64,000 nucleotides of DNA from Mobula hypostoma (GCF_963921235.1 NC_086097.1:14012001-14076000); one strand, 5' to 3'. Numbered from the stretch's first letter, positions 38,537 to 50,900 are shown. Numbers and translations: made by a program. Notes: generated by a model from the sequence alone, not told the origin.

Positions 38537-39135
38537 CAACATACATCAAAGTTGCTGGTGAACGCAGCAGGCCAAGCAGCATCTATAGGAAGAGGCGCAG
38601 TCGACGTTTCAGGCCGAGACCCTTCGTCAGGACTAACTGAAGGAAGAGTGAGTAAGGGATTTGAAAGTTGGAGGGGGAGGGGGAGATGCAAAATGATAGG
38701 AGAAGACAGGAGGGGGAGGGATAGAGCCGAGAGCTGGACAGGTGATTGGCAAAAGGGGATACGAGAGGATCATGGGACAGGAGGCCTAGGGAGAAAGACG
38801 GGGGGGGGGGTGACCCAGAGGATGGGCAAGAGGTATATTCAGAGGGACAGAGGGAGAAAAAGGAGAGTGAGAGAAAGAATGTGTGCATAAAAATTAGTAA
38901 CAGCTGGGGTACGAGGGGGAGGTGGGGCCTAGCGGAAGTTAGAGAAGTCAATGTTCATGCCATCAGATTGGAGGCTACCCAGACGGAATATAAGGTGTTG
39001 TTCCTCCAACCTGAGTGTGGCTTCATCTTTACAGTAGAGGAGGCCGTGGATAGACATGTCAGAATGGGAATGGGATGTGGAATTAAAATGTGTGGCCACT
39101 GGGAGATCCTGCTTTCTCTGGCGGACAGAGCGTAG
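38537..39135 (-). mobile_element. Young PLE 3' fragment: GIY-YIG endonuclease C-terminus, 3' region and terminus
   Basis: The minus-strand frame 39135-38929 reads LRSVRQRKQDLPVATHFNSTSHSHSDMSIHGLLYCKDEATLRLEEQHLIFRLGSLQSDGMNIDFSNFR* with no internal stop. Confidence 0.9.
38599..38634 (-). ncRNA. Minimal type-I hammerhead ribozyme motif (PLE-associated, dimer type)
   Basis: AGUC-CUGACGA-AGGGUCUCGGCCU-GAAA-CGUC/GACU: complete core, stem I AGUC:GACU, stem II hairpin, palindromic ACGU stem III and a GUC triplet. Confidence 0.7.
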
Positions 39136-39672
39136 ATTAACTTCTCTAACTGCTTCAGCCCCTGGTACCTCTACAATGCTGGCTGTGAATTCCAGGAATT
39201 AGACCCAGGGATGTTGTTGACACATTTCTGAGTCAGGATAACGTATAAACTGGAGTAGACCTGCAAGTATAGAGTTCCCAAACACTTGTTGTCCTGGTCC
39301 TATTGGTTGTAGAGGCTGCAGATTTGGTAGGTCTTTTCAGAGTGCCCCAGGTGAATAATTGCACTACATTATACAGATGGTACACACTGTGGCCACTGTA
39401 TACAAGGTGGGTATGGTGGTGTGGTGTGGAGTGAAGAGAACTGCTCAAATTCTTTTAGAAATGTGGTGCTTCAAGGCGGGTGCTTTGTCCTCAGTAGAGC
39501 TGAGCTTCTTAAATGGTGTCAGGTGTCTCAAATGGTATCGTAGCGCGATGTATTATCCACAATCATCCAAGCAAATAGAGAATTCATACACTTGATTTGT
39601 GCCTTGGAAATGGGAAATGATTTTTGTTGGGTCACTCTCTACAGGGTAGTCTGTTGTTGCAGCTAAAGTACC

Positions 39673-40583
39673 CAGACTCAGTGGCCCCTTTATTAGGTAA
39701 ACCTGCACACCTGCCCATTAATGCAAATATTTAATCAGCCTATCACGTGGCAGTAACTCAATGCATAATTGCATGCGGACATGGTCAAGCAGTTCAGCTG
39801 ATGTTCGAACCAAACATTAGAATGCAGAAGAAATGTGATCTAAGTGACTTTGACGGTGGAATGGTTGTTGGTGTCCAACGGGGTGGTTTGAGTGTCTCAG
39901 AAACTGCTGACCTCCTGGGATTTTCACATTCCACAGTCTTTAGAATTTACGGAGAATGGTGCAAAATGCAAAAACGAAAAGCACCCAATCAGCAGCAGTT
40001 CTATGAGTGAGAAAGCCCTGTTAATTAGACCGGTCAGAAGAGAAGGGTCAGAAGGCAGGAAGGCGATAGTAACTCAAGTAACCACGTGTTAGACCATAAG
40101 ACCATAAGATATAGGAGCAGAAGTAGGTCATTCGGCCCATCGAGTCTGCTCCACCATTCCATCATGGGGTGATCCAATTCTTCAAGTCATCCAGTGTTAC
40201 TATGGTAGTGTGCAGAAGAGCATCCTTGAAGGCACAACATATCGAACCTTGATGTGAACAGACTACAGCAGCAGGAGACTATGAGCGGACAATCAGCAGC
40301 CACTTTATTAGGTGCCTATTAAACAAGTAGTGTAAAAAGAAAAAAAAAGTAGTGAGGTAATGTCCATTCAGGAAGAGGGGAAGAAGCTGTTCCTGAATCA
40401 CTGAGTGTGTCTTCTGGCTCCTCTGCCTCCTCCCTGATGGTAGCAATGAGAAGAGGGCACGTCCAAGGTTTTGGGGGTCCTTAATGATGGATGCCACATT
40501 TTTGAAGCATCACTCCCTGGAGATGTCCTGGATGCTGGGGCAGCCAGTGGCCATGAGGTACCTATTGAAGGCCACCAAGTGTA
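39673..40583 (+). mobile_element. Non-autonomous Tc1-like element with two nested retroinsertions
   Basis: MQKKCDLSDFDGGMVVGVQRGGLSVSETADLLGFSHSTVFRIYGEW is a paired-like HTH. Degenerate TIRs lie at 39673-39704 and 40556-40583. Confidence 0.85.
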
Positions 40584-41421
40584 AGTTCAACAGCCAGAAT
40601 CATTTTCTCAGGGTGGTGATGATGAATACTGAATAAAATGAAGGGGGGAATGTTTAAGAGAGAAGAGCTGGGTAAATTTTTTTTAACACAGAGTGGTTCA
40701 TACCTGGAGCATATGTCAGGGGTGGTAATGGAAGCTGAGACAAAAGTGATGATCAGGAAGTTTTAGGTAGGCACATGAAAATGTCGGGAATGGAGGGATA
40801 TGGACCCTGTGCTGATAGAAGGGATTAGTTTAACTCAGTGTCGTGTTTAGCACAGGGTCATAGGCTGAAGGGCCTGTCCTTGTGCTGTACTATTCTACAT
40901 TGAAGTGATGGTATCGTTTAAAACAGAGGGCAGTCAATGCAGAACTAACATGGTTACAGTGGGACAAGAGAACGGCAACACTGTGGTCTGAGCTAACAAT
41001 CAACAGAACAGGAATCCAAATCCCATCGTAGTACCTTGAAATATAAGTTCAGTCAAATGCATCAGCTGGAATTTCTTTTTAAAAGTCAACTTAACTGACG
41101 TCGATCACAGCACCAAGTTGTTCTAGAAGTTCACATAGTTAAATAACATGCTTCTAGGAAAGTAATCTGGAACTCAGCTTGGTCAGGCCTGCACCTGACT
41201 CCAGGCCCATCAGCATTGCTGACTTCTAAATGTGTTCGAAAATGGCCTCATATGGTCTCCGTTGCTGAAGGCAGCTTATCGCCATCTCCTCGAGGGGATG
41301 AGTAAAGACCAGGGTCAGAATCAGGTTTAATATCTCTGGCATGTGTTGTGAAATTTGTTGTTATGCAGCAGCTGTACGTTACAATACATAATACTAAAAC
41401 TATAAGTTACAGTAAGAAGTA

Positions 41422-42116
41422 CAGAACATAGAATAGTACAGTACAGTACAGGCCCTTCGGCCCACAGAGTTATGCCGACCCTCAAACCCTGCCTCCCATA
41501 TAAGCCCCCACCTTAGATTCCTCCATATACCTGTCTAGTAGTCTCTTAAACTCCACGAGTGTATCTGCCTCCACCACTGACTCAGGCAGTGCATTCCACG
41601 CACCAACCACTCTCTGAGTAAAAAACCTTCCTCTAATATCCCCCTTGAATTTCCTACCCCTTACCTTAAAACCATGTCCTCTTGTATTGAGCAGTGGTGC
41701 CCTGGGGAAGAGGCGCTGGCTATCCACTCTATCTATTCCTCTTAATATCTTGTACACCTCTATCACGTCTCCTCTCATCCTCCTTCTCTCCAAAGAGTAA
41801 AGCCCTAGCTCCCTTAATCTCTGATCATAATGCATACTCTCTAAAACAGGCAGCATCCTGGTAAATCTCCTCTGTACTCTTTCCGATGCTTCCACATCCT
41901 TCCTATAGTGAGGCGACCAGAACTGGACAGAGTACTCCAAGTGTGGCCTAACCAGAGTTTTATAGAGCTGCATCATTACATCACGACTCTTAAACTCTAT
42001 CCCTCGACTTATGAAAGCTAACACCCCATAAGCTTTCTTAACTACCCTATCTACCTGTGAGGCAACTTTCAGGAATCTGTGGACATGTACCCCCAGATCT
42101 GCTCCTCCACACTACC
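41422..42116 (-). mobile_element. Young CR1 3' fragment with an open 180-aa ORF2 C-terminus, nested in a Rex1-type remnant (41315-42470)
   Basis: MLAFISRGIEFKSRDVMMQLYKTLVRPHLEYSVQFWSPHYRKD...WNALP. aagta is repeated at 41417-41421 and 42117-42121. Confidence 0.92.
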
Positions 42117-44234
42117 AAGTATATATATTTTAAAATGTTAAATTAATTAAGTAGTGCAAAAAAGAGAAATTGTAGTGAGGCAGTGTTCATGGGTTCAATG
42201 TCCATCCAGAAATCAGATGGCAGAGGGGAAGAAGCTGTTCCTGAATTGTTGAGTGTGTGCCTTCAGGTTCCTGTACCTCCACCTCCCTGATGAGCAACCA
42301 GAAGAGACAAGGGGGGGGGGGGGTCCTTAATGATGGATGCTACCTTTTTTGAGGTATCACTCTTTGAAAATGTCCTGGATGCTGGGGAGGCTGGTGCCCT
42401 TGATGGAGCTGACTGAGTTTACAACTCTCTGCAGCTTGTTTCAATCCTGTGCAATGCCCCCCTCCCCACAAACTCAGCCAGGTTTGAATCCGGCTGAGTT
42501 TGGCAAGGCCTAAGGCCCATTTGTGCGGCTGGTTTGAGAGTTTTAACTTGGCACCACGAAAAGCTGGTTAGATCCTGTATTAGAAGGAAGTGTCATTTTA
42601 AATTACAGCCTTAAAATCTTCCGTCTGCTCCTATCCAGCACATTATGTTGCCTTATGTGCATTGGTATTAACCAATCGTTCAACAATGTACAGTTATTAC
42701 CTGATGTAGCTTGCCTATACAATACCACTGTGCCATTATCCTTCCACTCTGCAGCGAGGCAAGTGACAGCCATCGGCAGTGAAGGAGTTAAGAAATCCCT
42801 GTAATACCAGACTCCTTTTATTCCTGATTATCAAAGGGAGATCACACTGGAATTTGCCAGGCAAGTTCTGGCTCAGGCCTTGTTACGGGGCACCAGACGC
42901 ATGGAACCCAACACCAGATTTCCAAACCACAGACTTCTATTTATTTTGAAGGGAGCCCAGACTGAGTTGTAATTATAGGTGATCCTAAAGGCCTCTGAGT
43001 ATTGTGGCCAGCATTTTGTGTCTGACTATGCAAGGCTGGTAGCAGAAAATTACATGTGAACTATCCCTTAAAAGAAGCAATCGGCAACCTTACTTTGAAG
43101 GAAAAGTTATATTCCAACAGTTCCCTTACTTCTTGGATCCTTGGGCTAAGTTCAAGCAGCACAGAGCTACAAAAATGCTGAATCTCTATTGCTAGATGTC
43201 AAGCGAGCAGAACTCCAACTTGTTCCTGTGTTGCTGGTCAAATAACATCAGTATAAACCAACTGCTTATCTGTTGGAGACAAGCAGCCCTGGACTAAACT
43301 CCAGCTCTTTTATGAAATGCACAATCACCACAAAACTGTTTTGGAGCCAAGGCTTTAAAACATTAAGAAGACAATTCAGAATTGAAAAGTTACAGAGACA
43401 ATCCCGTCACAAATTGTTGGCTGTCATGTGACCTAATGCAAATTCACATTAAGTAAGGAGAGGATTTGCCCCTGTAATATTAGTCACCAAAGGGAAATCA
43501 ACATCAAATTGGAAGTTATTACTATGGATATGAAAGACTCTATAAGAATATAATAGAAACAGGGTGAGACCACTGAGCCATTCAAGCCTGCTTTGCCATT
43601 CATAAAGATCAAGATTTTCTACCTCAGCTCTATGTTCATGAACTATCTCCATATCCCGTTATTCCGCCAATATGCAGAAATACACCAAATAGTTCAAACC
43701 ATATGGTTCAATTTGATATCAGAGATTGTACACAGTATACAACCTGAAATTCTTACACTTTGCGGAGATAGCCACGAAACAAAAAAAACCAAAGACTAAA
43801 TGATAGTAATGTGAGAACCCAAAGGCATCCTCTCCCCCTTCCCATTGCACAAGCATTGATGCTCCACTCCCCCCCCAACTTGCACCAGCAGAGAACCTAC
43901 ACCCTCCATTCAAGCAATAGCAAAATCCCTCAAAGACACCTTGATCTAGAGTCCATCAAAACTACAGTCCATAACCCAGCACTTGCACCAATCTACTCTA
44001 CCTAGGTATATGAGGCAATAGTAACTCGATTTACCAATTTCCATTTCTAGTGAACTCAGAGATTAAGTTTCTGAGGTAGAGAATTCCAGAGCTGTCATTA
44101 TCATGACTCCATAATAGGAAGCAAACCCTCCTTCTGCTTTGCCCTTCCTGGATTATGGTAGGTTCTCTGATGGAATGGGATCCTTCTAGTGAATAAAGAA
44201 GTTTCTCCTTATTTCAGTCCTAAGTATCGTAATG

Positions 44235-44610
44235 ATGAGCGGTGGGGTGAAGATACATCTCCACCAAAGGAGGTGTAAGGAACTCCTTCCCTCTGCTAGC
44301 CTGCAGGTCACCCTTGGGCAAGGTGTAGCACCTGCTTATCCCCCAGATCAGAGTCACTTGAAACAACTGGTGGATGGACATACGAGCAGCTGGTGCATAT
44401 CACAAGTCCTGGATATGTGACTATTGACACCAAGAAGACAATCACTTAATAGTATTGATAATGGCTGGGATTACCCATCTTATGAAGACACTGCCCAGAA
44501 GAAGGGAATGGTACACCACTTCTGTAGAAAAATTTGCCAAGAACAATCATGGTCATGAGAGCATGATTGCCCGCGTGGTACGACGCAGCACATGATGATG
44601 ATGATGATGA
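44235..44610 (+). mobile_element. RTE-related bipartite SINE-like repeat, family A (most complete 5' end)
   Basis: Colinear with the other copies. (gat)n tail. Confidence 0.8.
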
Positions 44611-45284
44611 AATGTCCTACTCCTTTTTCTGTGACTACTGGTTCTAGGATTTAATTATTTTCCCAATATGAAGTTTCCCTAATTAGATCAACTCTCAGTT
44701 TTCTAAACTCCAGAGAATGCAGGCCTGATCTACTCAGTCTCTCCTCAACAACAACACTGTCATCCCAGGAATCAATCCGGTCAATATTCACTTCATTCTC
44801 TTTCCGATTATGTCCTCTGTTTGAGGAAATCTTCACAAAGCCCCTGTGTAAGTATAGTGAGCTATTTCCACTCTTGTACTTATATCTGATTTAAAGAACA
44901 GCCCACCATGTTACTGTAATTGCTTTCAACTGCATCATCAGACTCTAAAGTGACATCAGTTATCTTATTAGTTTAAATGTGAGCAAGTGTTGTCTGACAG
45001 CATTGATTAGTAGGGTTGGGAAAGGCTCTATAAGAATATAATATAACACACCCTGACCTTCAGGCAGTTGTGTGAAAGGATACCTAGGTTCCTTGAAACA
45101 TTAACTCAACCTAATCCATTATCTTCCAGGAAAAATTTTGTTTGTCAAAAGCTTTTTTAAAATTTGAGAAGTGCCCATGGCCACTGTTGCATGGTAGATG
45201 CTCTATTAAAACATTATTCATCACAAATTCTAACATTTTTCTTAATCTTAATGTCAGGCTGATAGGTTGGTTGTTCCCAGACCA

Positions 45285-45860
45285 CTTTCTTGAGCACCTC
45301 TGCTCCATCCGCCAAGAGCGGATTTTCCTGGTGGTCAACCATTTTTATTCCTATCTCCATTCCCATTCCAACATGTCAGTCCATGGCCTCCTCTTTTGCC
45401 ATGATGAGGCCACGTTCATGGTGAAGGAATAATACCTCATTTTCCATTCAGGAAGCCTCTAACCTAATGGCATGAACATCAATTTCACCTTCTAGTATTG
45501 ATTTCCCTCCCCCTTCCCTCTCCTATTCCCCTCGCTGGCCTCTTACTTCTTATCTTCACCTGTCTATCACCTCCCTTCTTCCCTTTCTCCCATTCTCCAC
45601 TCTCCTCCTCTATCAGTTTTCTTCATCTCCAGTTCTTCATCTTTCCCACTCACCGATCACCTTCCAACTAGTCCTCCTTCCCCACCACCCATCTCTTTTA
45701 TTCTGGCATCTTCCCCCCTTCCTTTCCAGAAGAAGAGGCTCTGTCCGAAACATTAACAATTTATTCATTTCCGTAGATGCTATCTGACCTGCTGAATTCA
45801 TCCAGCATTTTGTATGTATTACTCTGGATTTCCAGCATCTGCAGAATATCTTGTGTTCAT
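45285..45860 (+). mobile_element. Older PLE 3' fragment
   Basis: EHLCSIRQ...NHFYSYLHSHSNMSVHGLLFCHDEAT GIY-YIG remnant, then a pyrimidine-rich tract and the terminus. Confidence 0.85.
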
Positions 45861-46099
45861 GGTTACTATCCTCCATCCTGCAGGAACCATTCCAAAATCG
45901 ATAGAATTTTGAGGTCCTCACCAGAACATCCATAATCAGCTCTTTTAGTCTTCTGGATTCTCAGAACCCTAGGATTTGCCAGTTTCCTCACAACTTCTCA
46001 GTGACAGAGTATGTCCTGTGCAGAAGCTGTCCCCACTCCCATACCAGATGGTCGTGCAGCTAGTTGGAATGCTCTGTACAGTACAACAAATGTGCATTC

Positions 46100-46642
46100 T
46101 TGCTGATTGTCAACAGTGTAGCAGGAGTGGTGGTTGTCCATCAGGTCCGACGATAACAGGAAACTCATGTGGGGAAGTTTTTAAAGTGGAAAACCCATTG
46201 CACTGTGGCTTTTGCACTTCCCCGACATCAGAAATCCAGCTCCAATGGTAGAAACAAGTGCTGCGAACTGGGGTCTCCCTGGGTGATCTTGATATCTTAT
46301 GTGCCTTGACATGCCCTTCACTCTCCACGAGGCATAGCATACTGCCTTCCTGGCGGTTGGATCTCACTGTAGGTCTCATTCACCCAGTCCGCCAGAGCTG
46401 ACTTCACTTGCGTGTCCCTATTTCACTGGGATTTAAGGTCACTGGCTACCCTCACCTGGTTTAGCCTGCCTGCCCAAGCGGTGTACTGAGGTGTGGCCAC
46501 TGCCACATGCAAACAGCTACTTGGAGCCACAGGTGAGAGCTAAGTGTCCGGTGGGGACCAAAGGTGAGTGAGCTGCCTTGGAATAGACACAACAAGCCCC
46601 TTCACCAGGGGTGCTACCCTTCTCTGGACACCCCATACACGC
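46100..46642 (-). mobile_element. Probable RTE 5'-UTR-type repeat, family C (partial second copy at 34360-34560, plus)
   Basis: 46270-46430 is the reverse complement of 34375-34550. The minus-strand head agcacccctggtgaaggggcttg resembles RTE 5' UTRs (recalled). Confidence 0.5.
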
Positions 46643-46949
46643 CAAGCAGCAGCACCTAAGTGACAATTCCTATGTACTACTGAGCAGAAAATATGGTCTC
46701 CTTTCCTTCCCCTGAGCACCCATGTGTCAGTATATGTGCAGCTTCTAAGTGAAGGTACAATTCGATTTTGCTATGATTTTCCATGATCAAATAGCCTGGT
46801 AATTCAAAAGGAGAAAAACTTTGGGGATAAAGGATTAAATATTCAAGATTGTTTATTGTTGTTCCTCAGCACATGAGTATAAAGGAGAACAAAATAATTG
46901 TTACTCTGGATCTGATGCAGTGTAAAAAAACACAGTAAACATAAAGAAC

Positions 46950-47780
46950 ATAAACAGAAGAGATTCTGCAGATGATGGAAAACCAAAGCAACACACACAA
47001 CATGCTGGAGGAACTCAGCAGGTCAACAGCATCTCTGGAAGTAAACAGTCAGTCGACATTTCGGGCTGAGCCCATTCTTCAGGATTGAGAAGGAAGAGAG
47101 AAGGTGCCAGAATAAGAAAAAGTAGGGGAAGGGGAAGGAGGTTATCTAGAAGGTGATAGGTGAAGCCAAGTGGGTGGGAAAGGTCAAGGGTTGGAGAGGA
47201 AAGAATCTGATAGGAGAGGAGAGTGGACCATGGAAGAAAGGGAAGCAGGTGGGGACCCAGAGGAAAGCAATAGGCAGGTGAGAAGAAGTAAGAGTTAGAG
47301 TAGGGAATAGAAAAACACAATGAAAAGCAAAAAAAAACAAGGACACAAGAGGTACTGCAGATGCTGGAAATCTAGAGCGATACATCGTATGCTGGAGGAG
47401 CTCAGCATGTCAGGCAGCATCTAGGGATGGGAATAAACAGACAATGTTTGAAGCCAAGACCCTTCACCAGGATTGGAAAGGAAAGGGGAAGAAGTCAGAA
47501 TAAGAAGGTGAGAGGAGGAGGAAGTACAAGGCGGCAGGTGATAGGTGAAACCAGGAGAGGGCGAGGGGTGAAGTAAAGAGCTGGGAAGTTGATTGGTGGA
47601 CGAGGTAAAGGGCAGGAGAAGGGGGAATCTGATTGGAGAGGACAGAAGACCGTGGAAGAAAGGAAAGGGGGAGGAGAGCCAAAGGGAGGTGATGGGCAGG
47701 TAAGGGGAGAAGGTGTGAGTGGGGAGCAGTGAAGGAGAAGAGCAAGGAGTAATTCCCAGAAGTTTGAGAAACTGATGATT
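46950..47780 (-). mobile_element. Two tandem same-orientation PLE termini (46950-47320 and 47340-47780)
   Basis: Each begins with acaagag...ctgcagatg.tggaa and contains a hammerhead-like remnant (47051-47086 and about 47439-47475). Confidence 0.8.
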
Positions 47781-50647
47781 GTTCAAAAGAACAATAAATA
47801 TGAATAGAAAAGCAACCTTATAAAACACAGCATTCAAGTAACTGAATGTGGCCATATGTACTGTACATAAAATTAGCTTTTTACATATTCTGACTGTATG
47901 TATAGTGGGTGAAGCTAGGTGCCGAGTATCTGTATGTAAGGTGACCCTAACAGGAAATGATAAGGTGACAAAGTGACTCCTGGCAAGAGGGCATCTGAAA
48001 ACACAATAGGGTGGTGACTGTCCGTGTAGGTATGAGTGTAGGTGTAAAGTGGCCATGCATGGGGGGATGAAAGGTGATGGACGGGAGCAGGGAGGAGTAT
48101 GCAGTGGGAGTAGGGGGTGGTGGGGTAGATTAATGGGTGGAGATGTTGATCAGTCTGATAGCTTGGGGGAAGTAATAGTTTCTGAGAAACGGAGAATGTT
48201 GGAAATTCTCAGCAAGTCATGCAGTATCCGTGGAGAACGAAACTGAGTTAATGGCTTCAGGTCAATGATCTTCCATCATTTCTTCAGTAGTGTGCTGTGC
48301 TGAAAAGGGGTGGTGAAACTTATTAAGGGATGATTGCATACTTGCAAGAGGAGAAGTATTTATGAGACCGTGGGGATAGGACAGGGGAGTGGATAGCCCC
48401 ACCAATGAGCTGCCTCGTAGTTAAAGGGCCAAGCACCCTCCTGCATTACGGCATCATCCTATGATTCTATATTCACACTGCTTAAGGCATAAAGAGGACT
48501 GGAGAAGTAATTTTACACATGGAATCACAGCCCTATTGCATATTCATGGCATGACACCAATTTTTTGAAATGTCCTCATTATGGGAAGCCAATTGAAGAG
48601 CCACATGTGTGCAATTAATTGGACCCTGGATGGTTCAAAAGCCTGCTATTCCATAGATGTCCCGTCTGATTTGCTGTTGTTCTTGCAGTGACCCAAGAAA
48701 CCAGATACCGAGGCCGCGCTGACCCGTCAACAGCGTCTGACACGCCGGCACCCGCAACACAACATGAAGGCTTCGATTGTGCTCAGAACAAATTGCCTGC
48801 CACCCCCTCCCACCCTAACCCCAGTCTCCCTTCCACACAGTCCTGCCAGATTTCGAGCATAAGCTAAGCATATTAATTCTAACCTTTCTGTGGACAGGCA
48901 GTGTGTGACTTCTAACACTGTTGTGTTCAGGAGATCCCTGGAGTTTTTAATCACAGATCCAGCACAGTGAGCTTATTGTCCATATGCCTCCTGTAGAGCT
49001 GTGCTTCTGTCAAGATCTGGATACTTGCCCTAAGACAGAACACCTTCTCGGAGATTCTTTCCCTATTTATTCCCGCACAGGATGTGGGTGCCAGCATCTG
49101 TTACCGTCCCTAATTACTGCTGTACTGACTGTTTTGCCAGTCCACTTTAAAGTGCATTTAAACACATTGTTAAACTGGGCATAGTTAGCAGGTTTCCTCT
49201 CATAAAGGATATTAAAGACCACATTTTTCTCAAGGATAATCGAGTCTAAAAACAGAGGACTTAGATTTAAGGTGAGAGGGAGAAGATTTGAGAGGAACCT
49301 GACCGGGGACGTTTTCACACAGAAGATGGCGGGTACAGAGGAAAACCTGTCAGAGGAATGAGGTATCAAGAACAAGTTGCCAGAGGAGGTGGTAGAGGTG
49401 GGGACTACAACATTTGGGCCAGTACGTAGATGCCTCTCAAAGTCCAACCCTACATCCCCATCGTAAGGGTGGAAGCAGGTAAGGCTGGCCAACTGGGCCG
49501 TGGTGAAGCTGGAGAGGTCAATCCTCTGCACAGTGGATACAATGGATTGCAGAAACATTGATGAACTCCAACCATACCATCGACTTTGGACCATGGAGAT
49601 GGGAGGTCTTCAATGGCCTAAGCTCCACTGGGAGTTAAGGGCCCAAGAAGAAGACAGACGAGCATATAGGCCACATGCAAGCAAAATGGACCAGCTTGGA
49701 TAGAGGTTGAGGTGCCCCTACGTGCCTGTTTACATGCAGTATGACTATATGACAGTAAGATTTTTTAAAAATATTTTTAAAAGATGTCCAAAAGATCCAT
49801 AAGACCACAAAACATAGGAGCACAAGTCGATTATACATGTCATGATTACTGATACTAACTTCTTATTCAGGATTCATCTAATTACTCGAATTTCAACTCC
49901 CAAGATACTGAGATGGGATTTGAGTTCATTCCTTCAGATCAATAGTCTAGGTCTCTCAGTGTTAGTCCACTAACACACCCGCTGTGCTAACACAAGTCCA
50001 CTAACACCCTACTGGATTGGTAAAGGAGGGGAGAGGCATTAAAGAATGAAGTCCTCAATCAATAGCAATGCAATCGAGCAGTTAGACTCCTTCTGGACAA
50101 ATTGCTAGTGACGCCTTACATTTTAAACAAAGTTCAGTGACATGCACAGAAAAGTCATAAGTATCTGGGAGCACATTTCAAACTGAACTGCAAATTGCAG
50201 TCTTTAACAATAAGCCCGGGAGGCAGGCATCGTACCTGCAATTCCAACAAAAGGACTAAAATGATCTTGTAAGTTGCTATAGATTTAGAGAAAAGTAAAA
50301 CAAAAAAGTCCTGAGAATTGGGACTTTCCGGTCTCAGAATGGTTTGCCTGCGTCTAGTGACATAAAATTTGAAAGAAAATAGATTTTTTTTGCCAGGGAT
50401 TAATTAGTCATAATAATTGTAGTCGACTCAGGCTGCAGTCGATTACGGCTTATTATCCAACTAATCACAGTGGCTTTCCTTCTCAGTGTTCTGGCTGTCA
50501 GCAGCAGCAAGTCTTTGGGCTATCCTCCATTCTGTTAAAATTCACTCTTAAAAGCCAGCTTTTTATTTTGTTTGCTCTTCTTAAATGTGAAAGATCAATC
50601 CTCCTAAACTACAGACAGTATATGTATATGTATACACAAATGGAAAT

Positions 50648-50650
<3 letters not shown>

Positions 50651-50705
<55 letters not shown>

Positions 50706-50782
50706 GCGCGCGCACACACACACACACACACACAAACGCGTGCACACACACATACACACACACACACACACACACGTGCGCG

Positions 50783-50813
<31 letters not shown>

Positions 50814-50821
50814 AAACGCGT

Positions 50822-50889
<68 letters not shown>

Positions 50890-50900
50890 ACACAAGCACA
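50651..50900. repeat. Compound (CA)n/(CG)n microsatellite with a duplicated higher-order unit
   Basis: (CA)n-CGTG(CG)n-(CA)n-AACGCGTG occurs twice. Confidence 0.95.

Noticed and set aside
47421..48056. Longest ORF in the track (211 aa)
   Set aside because: Low-complexity read-through of a PLE pyrimidine-rich region and its flank, with no domain character.
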